From positions 1 through 64,000 of the IMG/VR virus record IMGVR_UViG_3300018080_008375: a stretch of 64,000 nt of DNA. One strand, given 5' to 3'. The DNA comes from a virus. The notes under the pieces were generated by a model, which had not been told where the DNA came from, ran no database searches, and was given only the letters and a program-made list of their open reading frames with translations. Position 1 is the first letter of the stretch. Every line of letters starts with the position of its first letter. This document shows positions 44,366-54,862 of the stretch, in pieces. A program made the translations under genes and the position numbers.

Positions 44366-45471
44366 ATCGCATCATTAGGTCGAGAGTGCGCGGCGCCATT
44401 GTCGGAACGGCGATAGGCGATGCGCTCGGGATGCCCGCGGAGGGCATGACGCCACAAGCCATAGCCCAGATGTACGGTCGCCTTCGTTCTTTTGCGAATC
44501 CTAAAGGGGGGACCTGGGCGCATACACATCATCAGCTTGGGCGAGGGCAGTGGACGGACGACACGCAGCTTATGCTCGCCATTGGCGAATCGCTTTTGGC
44601 AAAGAAGCATGTCGATTTCCGGGACATCGCGGACAGGCATATATCCGCGATGGCGGAAAAGCGCGGATGGGGCGGATCGACGGTCACCGGCGTTTCCAAG
44701 ATACGCGCCGGAGTGAATTGGTGGAACTCCGCCAAGCCGGAAGGCGCAGGCAACGGAACGCCCATGAAGATTGCGGCTGTCGGAGCGGTTGCCGGATTAG
44801 GTTTCCTCAAGCCGTTTGACATGGCGTCGACGGTGATCAACATTTCTCGCATGACGCACGGCGACCCGCGGTCTGCGATAGCCGGCATCATCCAGGCTGA
44901 AGCCATCGCCATTGCAATCAAGGGAGGACCAGCGGCCCTCCGCTTGTATCTTGCCCAAGCCGATCAGAGAGCCGAAAGCTGGGAGCGCTGCGTCGGCTCG
45001 CAGGCTCCGCTTCTCAGCGCCAATATGTCTGCCGGTCAGAGTATCATCATGCGCGGCGGCGATCTTGAAAACCTTAGGTCCGCGCTGCGAGCCGGATGCT
45101 TCGTGGTGCAGTCGTTCCCATTCACAATTTCGGCCGTTCTCCTGATGTTCGACCTGCCGCCCGACGAATGCCTGTCCAGGATCGTCGAGCAGGGGGGCGA
45201 TACCGACACTACCGGCGCCATGGCTGGCGCGGTGCTTGGGGCGGCGCATGGCATGGCGTCGTTCCCGGCGCGGCTCAGGCGCGGACTTGAGGGCTATAAA
45301 AGGCTTATTGCTCTTGCTGACGGACTGTGCGCGATGACGGACATGTCGGAGCGTCCATGCGTAAGCGGGAAGTCGTTTTCCAGACCAAAGATTTCCTTTT
45401 CGCGCGGCAACGAAAAGCCAAAGACCTGCCAGCCTTTGGCTGACCTGGCGTTGTCAGCGGAGGGGATGTGA
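44362..45471 (+). CDS. ADP-ribosylglycohydrolase
   Basis: GTAIGDALG, WTDDTQ, GNGTPM, THGDP and GGDTDTTGAMAG. Confidence 0.92.
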   Translation: MNRIIRSRVRGAIVGTAIGDALGMPAEGMTPQAIAQMYGRLRSFANPKGGTWAHTHHQLGRGQWTDDTQLMLAIGESLLAKKHVDFRDIADRHISAMAEKRGWGGSTVTGVSKIRAGVNWWNSAKPEGAGNGTPMKIAAVGAVAGLGFLKPFDMASTVINISRMTHGDPRSAIAGIIQAEAIAIAIKGGPAALRLYLAQADQRAESWERCVGSQAPLLSANMSAGQSIIMRGGDLENLRSALRAGCFVVQSFPFTISAVLLMFDLPPDECLSRIVEQGGDTDTTGAMAGAVLGAAHGMASFPARLRRGLEGYKRLIALADGLCAMTDMSERPCVSGKSFSRPKISFSRGNEKPKTCQPLADLALSAEGM

Positions 45472-46274
45472 TGTACCATTACGATCTTCAGCTCAAGCGC
45501 GGCGGCAATCTCGTATGTATGGAATGGTCGCGCGAAAATGAAAGGTACGAAGAGCGCATCCTGGATAGCGAGGAGATTCCGTTTCACCTCACGAGCACAT
45601 TGTGCACCGAGCGTGGGGCGACATTGCGCGACATCCTGCGCGTGACCGGAAGGCACCCTGAAATTTTTGCCGCAGTGACCGACTGTCCGGCGTTACAGAT
45701 GTTCGTGGACGAGGCTTTCGAGGACAGGGGCGAGGACGAGTGCTGCTGCGGCAGCCTGATGGCGCTGGAGCTGGGATGGGTTGCGTTGGCGGACGCTGAG
45801 AACGGGGAGATCGTGCTTTACGAGCATATGAATTTTCAAGGAAGGGCGCACGACGGAGACGCCATAGGTTTGGAATTTTCGCATGTCGGCGACCTGGCCG
45901 ATGTGCCGATAGAGATAGACGACACCATGATGGTTCGGGAGGGCAGCAATGCCGAAAACATACTGTTTTCGGCAAGAAGGCCAATGACGCTCGAAGAGGT
46001 TGCCAGAGGCATCGTGGGCGAGCTGGCGTTTTTCGGAACGCCGGAAAACAGGGCGAAAGAGGCGGAAGGCTTGAAAAGAGCGGTTGAGGAGGTTGACTCG
46101 GGCTCCGCCAAGCTATATAGTTTGGAAGAGGTAATGAGCAGGATTGAGGCAAGGGCTGATGGGGAAAAGCGTAAGTTTCCGTGCCGCAAGTGCGGGAAAG
46201 ATTCGCGCTGCGCTTGCTTCGGCAAGCCTGCCGACATTTGCCACGAATGCTTTACAAAAATGGAGGAAGACTGA
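45468..46274 (+). CDS. hypothetical protein
   Basis: 268-aa ORF with a C-terminal Zn finger. Confidence 0.7.
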   Translation: MMYHYDLQLKRGGNLVCMEWSRENERYEERILDSEEIPFHLTSTLCTERGATLRDILRVTGRHPEIFAAVTDCPALQMFVDEAFEDRGEDECCCGSLMALELGWVALADAENGEIVLYEHMNFQGRAHDGDAIGLEFSHVGDLADVPIEIDDTMMVREGSNAENILFSARRPMTLEEVARGIVGELAFFGTPENRAKEAEGLKRAVEEVDSGSAKLYSLEEVMSRIEARADGEKRKFPCRKCGKDSRCACFGKPADICHECFTKMEED

Positions 46275-46756
46275 TGAGCAACAAGGAAAAGACAGAAGGG
46301 TTGGGAATCAAAGAAACTTTCGATGTACTGCTGGTGGACGCCATCAAAGCGAACGACACGAAGACAAAAAATTTTATTAGGCAGATGCGCGCCAAGGTGT
46401 CCGAGCACTGCCTGGCAAACAACCTTCCGCGAGACTCGGCTGACCAGGATATCTGGCTCAAGGTCATGAGCGTTTACAAAAAGTCTATCGCAAAGGCGTT
46501 GGAACTGATGGAACGCCGCGGGGCGGGAGACAGCGAACTGGCTGAAGAGTACAAGTTCGAGGTGGATTTCTGTAACAAGTACCTGCCCAGGCCGCTCGGC
46601 TATGACGAAGTGCTTGGGCTTGTCAAGCAGGCTGTGTCAGATATCGGTCCAAACGCAAAGGTTGGTCAGGTTGTGGGCGTTGTGGTGAATGGTTCCGTAC
46701 CTGGCACCGTAGATGCTGTTCTGGCAAAAAGGGCGGCAACGGAAATTCTAGGCTGA
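46274..46756 (+). CDS. GatB/YqeY-domain protein
   Basis: DAIKAND...EYKFEVDFCNKYLPRPL...GQVVG pattern. Confidence 0.7.
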   Translation: MSNKEKTEGLGIKETFDVLLVDAIKANDTKTKNFIRQMRAKVSEHCLANNLPRDSADQDIWLKVMSVYKKSIAKALELMERRGAGDSELAEEYKFEVDFCNKYLPRPLGYDEVLGLVKQAVSDIGPNAKVGQVVGVVVNGSVPGTVDAVLAKRAATEILG

Positions 46757-47226
46757 TGGGCGACGAGCTTACTCGTAAAGAAGCGAAGAGGGTAAGGGCT
46801 TTCCGCAAGGAGCTTGAGCACTGGAAAGAGATCCTTATGATGGATCCTCTTTGGGACATACGCTTATCGGTCGTCAGCGACGACAGTAAAGCGTTCAGCA
46901 AGTCGGCCGTCGAGCGAAGTGGCAAAAAATTCATTAAGAGATCGTTCTGCGATTTATCCAAGACGGAATACTATTCCGGCGACATAGGGCTAGCCAGAAG
47001 TGCGCTGTCCGTTCCGGAATCCGAAGCCGAGCATATGAGGCGTGACACGATGTCGCACGAGATGATCCACTTCCTGACCGCAGACTATCATCGGGCAGCC
47101 CTGGCGGCCGCTGGAGGCGACCAGAGGGTGATAAACGAGCTGGCATACAGGTACGAACAGCTGGTTGTGCGCATTGCCGCGATAGTCTGTGCCTTGGATG
47201 CCGAAATACGCGACGAGGGCAAGTAA
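46756..47226 (+). CDS. HExxH metallopeptidase-like protein
   Basis: TMSHEMIH...E. Confidence 0.55.
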   Translation: MGDELTRKEAKRVRAFRKELEHWKEILMMDPLWDIRLSVVSDDSKAFSKSAVERSGKKFIKRSFCDLSKTEYYSGDIGLARSALSVPESEAEHMRRDTMSHEMIHFLTADYHRAALAAAGGDQRVINELAYRYEQLVVRIAAIVCALDAEIRDEGK

Positions 47227-47900
47227 TGGACGACCATCCGATATATAGTTTGCGCCAGGCGTGCTATGACTGTCGCGACTGTCCGCTGGGAAACCGTCTT
47301 GTGAATGGCTTGGATCCGCATGTGTTCGCGGGCGGAAACATACATGCCAGCATAATGTTCGTGGGCGAGGCTCCGGGAGCGGAGGAGGTCAGGCAGAAAA
47401 GACCTTTGGTGGGGCGGTCCGGATGGTTTTATGAGAACCACATACTTGCCGGAGCAGGTTTGTTCAGACGCAGTGTATATACCACCAATGCTGTGTTATG
47501 TCGACCCGACGAGAAAAACCGCACGCCGAATTCGTCGGAAATAGACGCATGCCGCAGGCATTTGGACGCCCAGGTGCTATTTGTGAGACCCAAGCTGATT
47601 GTGACTCTCGGTAACGCGCCGCTGTACGCCCTGTGCGGAATAGGCGGCATAACCAAGTATCGCGGAAAGCTCCGCAACTCGAACCCATGGTCTGACGGAA
47701 GCATTACCAAGGTGTTTCCGATGTTCCATCCGGCATACTGCCTGAGGGGGAGCGGTCTGAAGGAGACCAAGGAGGACTACGAGGCGCTGGGCAGGATGGC
47801 GCTGGAGTTCGAGCAAAGCATAGCCGGCAAAGAGGACGTCAGGTGCGTGCAGGAGTTGTACCGGGTCGCAGAGGAAGGCAAAGGCAATGGGAGAGCATGA
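47226..47900 (+). CDS. uracil-DNA glycosylase family 4
   Basis: C..C.L, FVGEAPG.EE, TNAVLCRP and MFHPAY. Confidence 0.92.
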   Translation: MDDHPIYSLRQACYDCRDCPLGNRLVNGLDPHVFAGGNIHASIMFVGEAPGAEEVRQKRPLVGRSGWFYENHILAGAGLFRRSVYTTNAVLCRPDEKNRTPNSSEIDACRRHLDAQVLFVRPKLIVTLGNAPLYALCGIGGITKYRGKLRNSNPWSDGSITKVFPMFHPAYCLRGSGLKETKEDYEALGRMALEFEQSIAGKEDVRCVQELYRVAEEGKGNGRA

Positions 47901-48303
47901 TCAAAAAAGCGGAAAATTTGTTGTAAAGGTTTCTGGTGACAAACAAAAGTTTGCTACAGGGGCGCAGCGCGACCGGCAAGAAGGCAAGGGAAGGTATGAC
48001 TTGGTGAGCATATTTGCTTTGAGAGAAATTGCGCATGTTTATGAAGCCGGAAGCCTTGCGTATGGCGAGCGCAATTGGGAAAAGGGCATGAATCTCAGCA
48101 GATTTTTGGACAGCGCACTTCGTCACACTTTTCAGGTGATAGAGGGCAAGCGGGATGAAAATCATGCTGCGCAAGCCGCCTGGAATCTCATGGCTTTTAT
48201 TCATACGCGCGAAATGATAAGCCGCGGCATTCTTCCAAAGAGCTTGGACGACCTTCCGGACTATATGCCAAAATCTGTAGACGAGGATGAAGGGTGCGGA
48301 TGA
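47887..48303 (+). CDS. dATP/dGTP diphosphohydrolase domain protein (DUF5664-like)
   Basis: GAQRD...GKGRYDL...YGERNWEKG...SALRH...HAAQAAWN. Confidence 0.85.
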   Translation: MGEHDQKSGKFVVKVSGDKQKFATGAQRDRQEGKGRYDLVSIFALREIAHVYEAGSLAYGERNWEKGMNLSRFLDSALRHTFQVIEGKRDENHAAQAAWNLMAFIHTREMISRGILPKSLDDLPDYMPKSVDEDEGCG

Positions 48304-48512
48304 TGTATGTTTTCTTTATACTTGTGGTGGCCTATGTATACGCATGTGCTCTTGCTACAATGTGGTTTTATGACAAGCGGTGGTGGGGAAAAAGTAAAAG
48401 GGGTAGAGCCAGGCTTAGGCTTTGTGTCCATTTGTTTTCGCCATCTCTTCCATGATTTTTCTATTTTGCTGGCTCAAAAGGAATATTTCCGACGCTTTCG
48501 GTAAAGAATGAC

Positions 48513-48902
48513 ATGGGATATGTTCAGTACATCATAGTCCGCAAGGACCTGGTTACGGAGATGGGAATTGGAAAGACGGCCGCCCAGGTAGCCCATGCGT
48601 CGTTGGGCGCGATCCTGGACAAGGGGAAGCTGGTTGACGACCCCGCAGTGCGCGGGTGGCTGACCGGAGCTTTCACCAAACTGGTGGTGTACGCCAAGAC
48701 CAGGCAGAAGCTCTTGAATCTTATAGGGAAATGCCGTGAAGCAGAACTCCGTGTTAAGCCGATTTACGATGCGTGCCGCACCAAGTTGGAACCGGAGGAG
48801 CCTGACGGCACCACGCTGACTTGCGTGGGGCTGTCTCCAGTGCGCGCCGATGAGGTGCCAAAGTTTCTCAAAAAGCTCAGGTTACTGGATGGTGAAAAAT
48901 GA
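48513..48902 (+). CDS. peptidyl-tRNA hydrolase Pth2 (archaeal/eukaryotic type)
   Basis: QYIIVRKDL..MGIGKTAAQVAHAS, KLVV, DACRT and T.TCVG. Confidence 0.88.
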   Translation: MGYVQYIIVRKDLVTEMGIGKTAAQVAHASLGAILDKGKLVDDPAVRGWLTGAFTKLVVYAKTRQKLLNLIGKCREAELRVKPIYDACRTKLEPEEPDGTTLTCVGLSPVRADEVPKFLKKLRLLDGEK

Positions 48903-49564
48903 ATGACAGCGAAAGACCAAGGTGGGACGACACATTTTTGAACATTGCGAGGGAGATTGCCAGGAGGTCCAAGGACCCGTCCACCAAAGTTGGATGCGTC
49001 ATTGTCGGTCCGGACAATGAGGTCCGCTCAGTCGGGTACAACTGTTTTCCCAGAGGCATTCGCGACAGTGAGTCAAGGCTTAACGACAGAAGGGAAAAGC
49101 TCCTCTTTGTTGAGCATTCCGAAAGAAACGCCGTGTACAATGCTGCTAGGGCGGGCATTTCTCTAAAGGGCTGTAGGATATACCTTCCTTGGCTTCCGTG
49201 TTCCGACTGTGCCAGGGCTATAATACAGTCCGGAATAGTAGAGGTTGTTACTGACAATCCCAATGTGCCAGCCAGGTGGCGCAGGGATTTTGCCGTATCG
49301 CTGACGATGTTACATGAGGCTGGCGTGCTGATCAGACGGCCCGGAGGCCGGCCTGTAAATATCTGCGCAGTTATGGGGCGAGCATGGGTAGGCAAAACTA
49401 TAAAAACGCGCGATGGAGAAAAGCGTACGATCAAGTATGTTTATTTTAACGCTAGTGGCGAGATTATTGTGTCGTTCAAAGAAGTTGCCCTGCTTGAAAC
49501 AGCCAGGTCTTTCGCCGACGTCGAGCGGCGCATTGTCGAACCGGAGGCGGCTATTGTCCCTTGA
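48899..49564 (+). CDS. dCMP deaminase with C-terminal extension
   Basis: RSKDPSTKVG, HSERNA and PCSDCARAIIQSGI. Confidence 0.9.
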   Translation: MNDSERPRWDDTFLNIAREIARRSKDPSTKVGCVIVGPDNEVRSVGYNCFPRGIRDSESRLNDRREKLLFVEHSERNAVYNAARAGISLKGCRIYLPWLPCSDCARAIIQSGIVEVVTDNPNVPARWRRDFAVSLTMLHEAGVLIRRPGGRPVNICAVMGRAWVGKTIKTRDGEKRTIKYVYFNASGEIIVSFKEVALLETARSFADVERRIVEPEAAIVP

Positions 49565-49580
49565 AAAGGGTGTGAGATGA

Positions 49581-49931
49581 ATGCGCGTTGTTTTGTGTCT
49601 CGGATGCTGGGGAGCTGTTCATGGCGACGGATTCGTCATGTGCCCCGGCGTTTCCAATGAAATATTGGATATAACTGGCGGAACAAAGAGGAATGCGGAT
49701 ATAGTTGACCATCTGGACTCGCATTACGGTTTGTTCGACAAGCCGCTGCTCAACAATGTGCACACTGCTCTGTTCGGGCTGAAGGAGAAGTTCAGCACGG
49801 CGTCCAGCCCGCTGTTCGGAGAAAAAGAGTTCCGAAGGCTGGAGCGGTTCTGCGTGGCGCATGCAAAATGCGGCCTGTTCCTGCGGCTTGAGATGAAAGG
49901 AAACGGGGATGAAGAAGGTCCTGGTGGTTGA
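49581..49931 (+). CDS. hypothetical protein
   Basis: ORF in operon. Confidence 0.55.
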   Translation: MRVVLCLGCWGAVHGDGFVMCPGVSNEILDITGGTKRNADIVDHLDSHYGLFDKPLLNNVHTALFGLKEKFSTASSPLFGEKEFRRLERFCVAHAKCGLFLRLEMKGNGDEEGPGG

Positions 49932-50403
49932 TATTGACGGAACCATGGTTGACAACGATCACAAGGTCAGGGAGTTGTCGGACAGGTTCGGAAAAGGTCC
50001 GAACCATTGGGATGAGAAAATGTGCGACGAGTTCTTCTCCGAGTGGTTCTATCCGTTTGCCGGCGCTTTGCTTCTGCCACAGACGGCGAAGCGGATGGGG
50101 GCGGAGTTTGTCTTTCTGACAGGAAGGTCCGAATGCTACAGGGGGCAGACGGAGCAGATGCTCGACAACGATTTTAAACTCGACTGCGACCGGACCCCCC
50201 TGTTCATGAGGTCCGACGGAGACCGGCGGCCGAGCCATGTCGCCAAGACGGAGCTTGCCGAGCGGACCGTGGTGCCGATATACAGGGACAGCGTGCTCGT
50301 GTTCCTGGACGACGACGAAGCGTGCCTTGGGGAGTACAACAAATACGGGGTCGCCCTGAAGGCACCAAGATGCTGGGACGCCTTGGCATTCTGGACGGAC
50401 TGA
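49909..50403 (+). CDS. HAD phosphatase (PNKP phosphatase-like)
   Basis: VDIDGT, LTGRSE, LFMR..GD.R...K and FLDD. Confidence 0.85.
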   Translation: MKKVLVVDIDGTMVDNDHKVRELSDRFGKGPNHWDEKMCDEFFSEWFYPFAGALLLPQTAKRMGAEFVFLTGRSECYRGQTEQMLDNDFKLDCDRTPLFMRSDGDRRPSHVAKTELAERTVVPIYRDSVLVFLDDDEACLGEYNKYGVALKAPRCWDALAFWTD

Positions 50404-50413
50404 GAGGGAGCAG

Positions 50414-50767
50414 ATGCAGTCAAAGCTGACAGACAGAAACATAGATGTCAAAAACATCACAAAAGCCGTTGTAAAGGAGCTGGGACTGCTTGCCGCCCAG
50501 CAGGACGGCAGCCTTACGCTGATCAACAAGCTGCAAGCCATGTCCTCGGATGGTCTTGAGCATCTGGACAGCCGCGAAGCTGTCATGCAGCTGACGCATG
50601 CTGTCGGCAACCTGTCGTTTGACACCCTTGGCAACAGGGTTAGCGAGCGAATGATCGCTCCGGTGGCCATATGGCTGCTAAGGCTGTGCTCGGCCAACAG
50701 CATCAGGTTCGAGAATGTCCTGAAGGTTACGAGGGATTGCCTGGGGAGCAAAAAAGTGTCGACCTGA
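50414..50767 (+). CDS. hypothetical protein
   Basis: GGGAG RBS. Confidence 0.6.
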   Translation: MQSKLTDRNIDVKNITKAVVKELGLLAAQQDGSLTLINKLQAMSSDGLEHLDSREAVMQLTHAVGNLSFDTLGNRVSERMIAPVAIWLLRLCSANSIRFENVLKVTRDCLGSKKVST

Positions 50768-50871
50768 GCGTCCCGGCACAATGGTAATGGGTACGGCCTC
50801 CTGGAGCCGGACCAGGGAATAACCCGGATTTGTGGTTGACGCGTAGCTGTCCGGGAGGCCCATCCAAAAAC

Positions 50872-51105
50872 ATGAACAAACACGCCGACTTCCTGATTGC
50901 CTTGGCGGACGCCCTCGACGAGGAGGGCGAATTCGAAAAGGCCGACATAATCGACAAGGATTTCGAGGAGTTTTTGAAGCTTCTCGAAAGCGGCGAGCTT
51001 GTGTTCGACGAGCAGTTCTCCGGAGGCGCAAGGGACCCGAGGGGTCCCTATAGTTCCTGGGGGCGTACCGACACGCCAGTCTTCGGAATATCCGGACCGC
51101 AGTAG
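50872..51105 (+). CDS. small protein with LIALADALDEEGEFEKADIID motif
   Basis: Motif shared with the C-terminus of 24768-26411. Confidence 0.6.
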   Translation: MNKHADFLIALADALDEEGEFEKADIIDKDFEEFLKLLESGELVFDEQFSGGARDPRGPYSSWGRTDTPVFGISGPQ

Positions 51106-51147
51106 AAAGACCATCCCGCCTTCATGGCGGTCCGTGAAAGACAACCA

Positions 51148-51918
51148 ATGAAAATTTGTGCAATAGACGAAGTGGGCTGTGCTTCCCTATCTGGGCCGGT
51201 ATTCGTCTGCGCTGTCATAGTAGACAGTTGCGTGAAGCCCGTCCCTGGTATCGCTGATTCCAAGCAGCTTACAAAGAAGAAGCGTGAAGTCCTATTCCCA
51301 GCTATTGAAGAAGCTGTGGACGACTTCGCGTACGGAGCGGCAGGTCCGAGAAAGATTGAGGAGCTGAACATCCACCACGCCAAGCTCCTGGCCATGAGGC
51401 AGGCCGTCGAGAAGCTTCTTGCGCGCGGTCACCATCCGAAGCGCACCATAGTCGATGGCGGCTTCACGGTGCCGGGACTGCCCCTCTACATCAACCAGGA
51501 AGCCGTACCGAAAGCCGACAGGGACTTTTGGGAGGTTTCTGCCGCATCAATATTGGCCAAGGTCACGCGCGACCGCCTGATGGCCAACCTCGCTTCCCGC
51601 CCTGGTCTGGGGCATTACGATTGGGAGAACAACGCCGGATACTACACCGCCAAGCACCGGGACGGCATCGTTCTTCACGGACTCACCGCATACCACAGAA
51701 AAACATTCGACATGGTGAAATACTGCGCGTTTCTGCGCGCGGAATACAAGGAATGCCTTGAAAAAGGCGACCCCGAGGAATACTTTGAGGAGGAGTCCCG
51801 CAGGATCGAGCGTTTCGGAAGCGGTCCGTACTGCGGCTACAGGGCCTGGAAGCGCGGGGAGTTCAACACCTGGAAGCCGGTAATGGCAGGGAGCGAAGAC
51901 AATGAAGAAGAAATCTAG
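51148..51918 (+). CDS. rnhB: ribonuclease HII
   Basis: IDEVGCASLSGP, DSKQL, VDG, KAD, SAASILAKVTRD and GY.T..H. Confidence 0.92.
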   Translation: MKICAIDEVGCASLSGPVFVCAVIVDSCVKPVPGIADSKQLTKKKREVLFPAIEEAVDDFAYGAAGPRKIEELNIHHAKLLAMRQAVEKLLARGHHPKRTIVDGGFTVPGLPLYINQEAVPKADRDFWEVSAASILAKVTRDRLMANLASRPGLGHYDWENNAGYYTAKHRDGIVLHGLTAYHRKTFDMVKYCAFLRAEYKECLEKGDPEEYFEEESRRIERFGSGPYCGYRAWKRGEFNTWKPVMAGSEDNEEEI

Positions 51919-53032
51919 TATTGTTGCGGCTCTTTTGGTCGCGCTTTTTCTGGCGTCTTGCGCCGTCGTTGTCCGCATGGGCGTCTGGGACGAGTACGAG
52001 CGACAGGCAGCCGCCAACCCCGAGATGACATGTACGCCCAGCATGTTTGGCGAGGCGTGGCACAGGCTGAAATCAGACCACCTGACCAAGATGACGGACG
52101 CTCAGCTCATGAGGGGTGCCATGGGCGGTCTTGAGAGGGCGGCGGAGAAGTCGGTGGAGATGACTGACCGAGCCCTGTACAATCCGTCCGCCAACGCGTT
52201 TCTCGATATTCTGCGTGTCATCAGCTTTGAGGCGTCGACATACGAGGCGCTGTGCTATTCTTCGATCAGGGGGATGCTGAAAGCCGCCCAGGACAGGTAC
52301 TCTTATCTGGTGGAGGCCAGGCTGGGCAGGCAGTGGCTTGAAGACTCGCTCGGTGGCAAATGGATCGCCGGCAAGACCGAGCGGTCCATTCCATCCTGTA
52401 GCATGAAGCATGGCGTGCCGTACTGCTGGATACCCGCTTTCGGCGCAGGAATGGCGGACATGCTGGCAGACAGAATGCGCAGCACTTTCGGCGTGTGGCC
52501 GGGAGCCATCATAATCGACCTGCGGTCCAACGGCGGCGGCTTCATAGAGTCGGCGGCGGCGGTGGCGAGCAGGTTCTGGCTAGGCAGGAAAACCTCCGCG
52601 TACCTTGTCGGTCGCAAGGTGACAAGGGCTACGAACGGCGGGGTCATCGCGGTGAGCGGAAAGTATCGCAGGCCGCTCCTCAGAAGTTCGCGCACGGTCG
52701 TGCTGGTGGACGGGAACACCATGTCAGCAGCCGAGATGCTTGCTGCCGCGCTCAGGGCGTACGGCATGGCGACTCTGGTTGGGCGGACCACCGGCGGCAA
52801 GGGGGAAATCCAGACCCCCGAGTTTATCGAGGGGGCCGTGATGGTACATACGACGATGCGCTTTCTGGACCCCCTCTACAACGAGGTTGGGGGCACGGGC
52901 GTCCGGCCGCACGTGCGGTCCGTTCTGAGGCTGGGCGACCTTCAGTTCTACGGGCATGACAGTCAGTTGGCTGAGGCAGCCAAGATACTCAGTGATGGAC
53001 ATCAAGATAATCTCGAACGGCAAGGAGCATGA
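51902..53032 (+). CDS. S41 C-terminal processing protease (no PDZ), lipoprotein signal
   Basis: IIDLRSNGGG, TMSAAE and TGGKG.IQ; LFLASC lipobox-like. Confidence 0.85.
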   Translation: MKKKSSIVAALLVALFLASCAVVVRMGVWDEYERQAAANPEMTCTPSMFGEAWHRLKSDHLTKMTDAQLMRGAMGGLERAAEKSVEMTDRALYNPSANAFLDILRVISFEASTYEALCYSSIRGMLKAAQDRYSYLVEARLGRQWLEDSLGGKWIAGKTERSIPSCSMKHGVPYCWIPAFGAGMADMLADRMRSTFGVWPGAIIIDLRSNGGGFIESAAAVASRFWLGRKTSAYLVGRKVTRATNGGVIAVSGKYRRPLLRSSRTVVLVDGNTMSAAEMLAAALRAYGMATLVGRTTGGKGEIQTPEFIEGAVMVHTTMRFLDPLYNEVGGTGVRPHVRSVLRLGDLQFYGHDSQLAEAAKILSDGHQDNLERQGA

Positions 53033-53288
53033 GGCAAAAGCCGTTCCGGTGTCTGACCTGGAAAATCAGATGGTGGTGATCAGAGCCAGGTCGGCGGAGG
53101 ACGCAGAAAAGATACAGGAGGCGCTGGAAGACATTGAGGTGCTGAACAGCTGCAACAATGTCAGTTTTCTGATCCTGGATGGAAAAATCGAGATCGAAAC
53201 CGTCCGTCCGACGGACTTCAGGTCAATCCCGAAGCCGGTCTTGCGCAAAAGGCTGTCCAGGGCATGGCAGGTGTTGAAAGGATATTGA
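52995..53288 (+). CDS. hypothetical protein
   Basis: ORF in operon. Confidence 0.5.
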   Translation: MDIKIISNGKEHEAKAVPVSDLENQMVVIRARSAEDAEKIQEALEDIEVLNSCNNVSFLILDGKIEIETVRPTDFRSIPKPVLRKRLSRAWQVLKGY

Positions 53289-53289
53289 A

Positions 53290-54240
53290 ATGGTCGGAAT
53301 CAAGATAGTCGAGCCGCACGCTGAAATCATCACCCCGCGTTTTTGGCCCGATTGGAAGCAGGGAAGCCTGCGCATGATCGAGGAGTGCGGAAGGGTCAGC
53401 CACAAATCCGAGGGGCGCATCAAGGCAGACTCGGCAGAGCCGTTCATCGACAAGGTGGCGCTAGGCATGGGGCACGAATCAATTATTGAGCATGCGAACT
53501 TCACCGTGTGCTTTGTAGGTTCGAGATCCATGAGCCACCAGCTTGTTAGGCACAGGCTGGCCGCTTATACCCAGGCCTCACAAAGGTATTGCGATTATTC
53601 GTCCGAAAAGAAGTTTAATGATATCCTCCAAGTAATCATGCCGCCCACCATCCTTGGATCGAAGATCCTGTGGGGCAAAACCGTGACGGTAAATGGCGAT
53701 AACCTGGTCATCTCTGGGAATGATGGCAAGGACGCTCCTCTTCTTTCCTATTTGTCCGAAAGGTTTTCGGATGAGTGGGCGCGCGGTGGGTATGACTGGT
53801 GCCACGATCAGATTAGATCATACCAGTCGTACAGGCGCGAGCGCGTTCGTGGAGTTCCGTCCGAAGATGCCCGGTCGCACCTGACGAACGCCTGCAAAAC
53901 CGAGGTATACACGACCTACAACCTGCGCACCTGGAGGCATGTTCTGGAGATTCGCACGGACAGCCACGCCCAGTGGGAGATTCGCATGATCATGAACCAG
54001 GCGCTTGATTTCTTCATGGAGCATGTTCCGTTCATGTTCGACGACATCGGCAAGCGCGTAACCTTCAGGCCCAAGGAGTTGAGGGTGCTACAGGATCTTT
54101 TCAACTCGTGCTATATCCAGCTGTCCGGCAAAAGCCACAAGGATCTGGGGCTTTCCAAGACGGAATTCAAAACTTTGGAAAAGAAGATCTCCAAGGCGGT
54201 TGTGGCAGCCGGAGAATGTCGCTGGCCGGGACCGTTTTAG
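53290..54240 (+). CDS. thyX: flavin-dependent thymidylate synthase
   Basis: GHESIIEH, SHQLVRHR...QASQRY, EDAR and AQWEIR. Confidence 0.93.
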   Translation: MVGIKIVEPHAEIITPRFWPDWKQGSLRMIEECGRVSHKSEGRIKADSAEPFIDKVALGMGHESIIEHANFTVCFVGSRSMSHQLVRHRLAAYTQASQRYCDYSSEKKFNDILQVIMPPTILGSKILWGKTVTVNGDNLVISGNDGKDAPLLSYLSERFSDEWARGGYDWCHDQIRSYQSYRRERVRGVPSEDARSHLTNACKTEVYTTYNLRTWRHVLEIRTDSHAQWEIRMIMNQALDFFMEHVPFMFDDIGKRVTFRPKELRVLQDLFNSCYIQLSGKSHKDLGLSKTEFKTLEKKISKAVVAAGECRWPGPF

Positions 54241-54250
54241 GAAGCGCTGG

Positions 54251-54859
54251 ATGATTAAGATCTACACCTTGGATGGTCCTCTGAATGTTGACAGGACCGA
54301 CGAGCTCATAAAGATGCTTGAGAGCGTGCGTTTCCATCCTGAGATGGGAAAGTCACTGGACCATGCCCTCTCCGTACAGAGGGTGGTGTTCTACCTGAAG
54401 AATCCGGCCATGTGGTGGCGCGACCAAGGGGTCGGAATACTGGAGCGCAGGCTTGCCGGCGCAAGGAACCATGTGGGCGATCTTCTTGAGCACGAGGACA
54501 TGAGGGACAGCATATTCTACGGGCGGCTCCGGAATGCGCTAAAAGCGACCGCCGACCTGCTGCGGAATCCCGCCCCCAGGGCATGGGACACGTCCTCGGA
54601 CAGCGATGTGCTGAGATGCCCGCTATGCCTCGCGAGAGTGCCGGGCTGTAACCCTTGGAGGACGGACAAGGACACCGTCGAACCCATGAACGCCTTCGCC
54701 GTTCATGCGGACAGCATCTACAGCTGCGGCGTCGCTTACCAGTGTCCCGGATGCCATGCCATGCATTCGGCGGTCAACATGGATGGCAAGCCGCCGGCAA
54801 AGACCTACAAGCCGGGCGAGAAGCGCGACGAGGTTGTGCTGATGCCAGTGGAAGGGTGA
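54251..54859 (+). CDS. hypothetical Zn-binding protein
   Basis: CPLC...CPGC. Confidence 0.6.
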   Translation: MIKIYTLDGPLNVDRTDELIKMLESVRFHPEMGKSLDHALSVQRVVFYLKNPAMWWRDQGVGILERRLAGARNHVGDLLEHEDMRDSIFYGRLRNALKATADLLRNPAPRAWDTSSDSDVLRCPLCLARVPGCNPWRTDKDTVEPMNAFAVHADSIYSCGVAYQCPGCHAMHSAVNMDGKPPAKTYKPGEKRDEVVLMPVEG

Positions 54860-54862
54860 ATT

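Noticed and set aside
47887-48303. 2-aminoadenine (Z-DNA) pathway suggested by the dATP/dGTP diphosphohydrolase
   Set aside because: No PurZ or DatZ in the window; this domain is common in phages without Z-DNA.
49792-51144. Long minus-strand ORFs (e.g. 49792-51144, 24882-25994, 55670-56728)
   Set aside because: They are antisense shadows of clear + strand genes in GC-rich DNA and carry no motifs.
50872-51918. Readthrough fusion of the small ORF into RNase HII (same frame across a TAG)
   Set aside because: RNase HII has its own normal start (MKICAIDEVG); sharing a frame is expected by chance one time in three.
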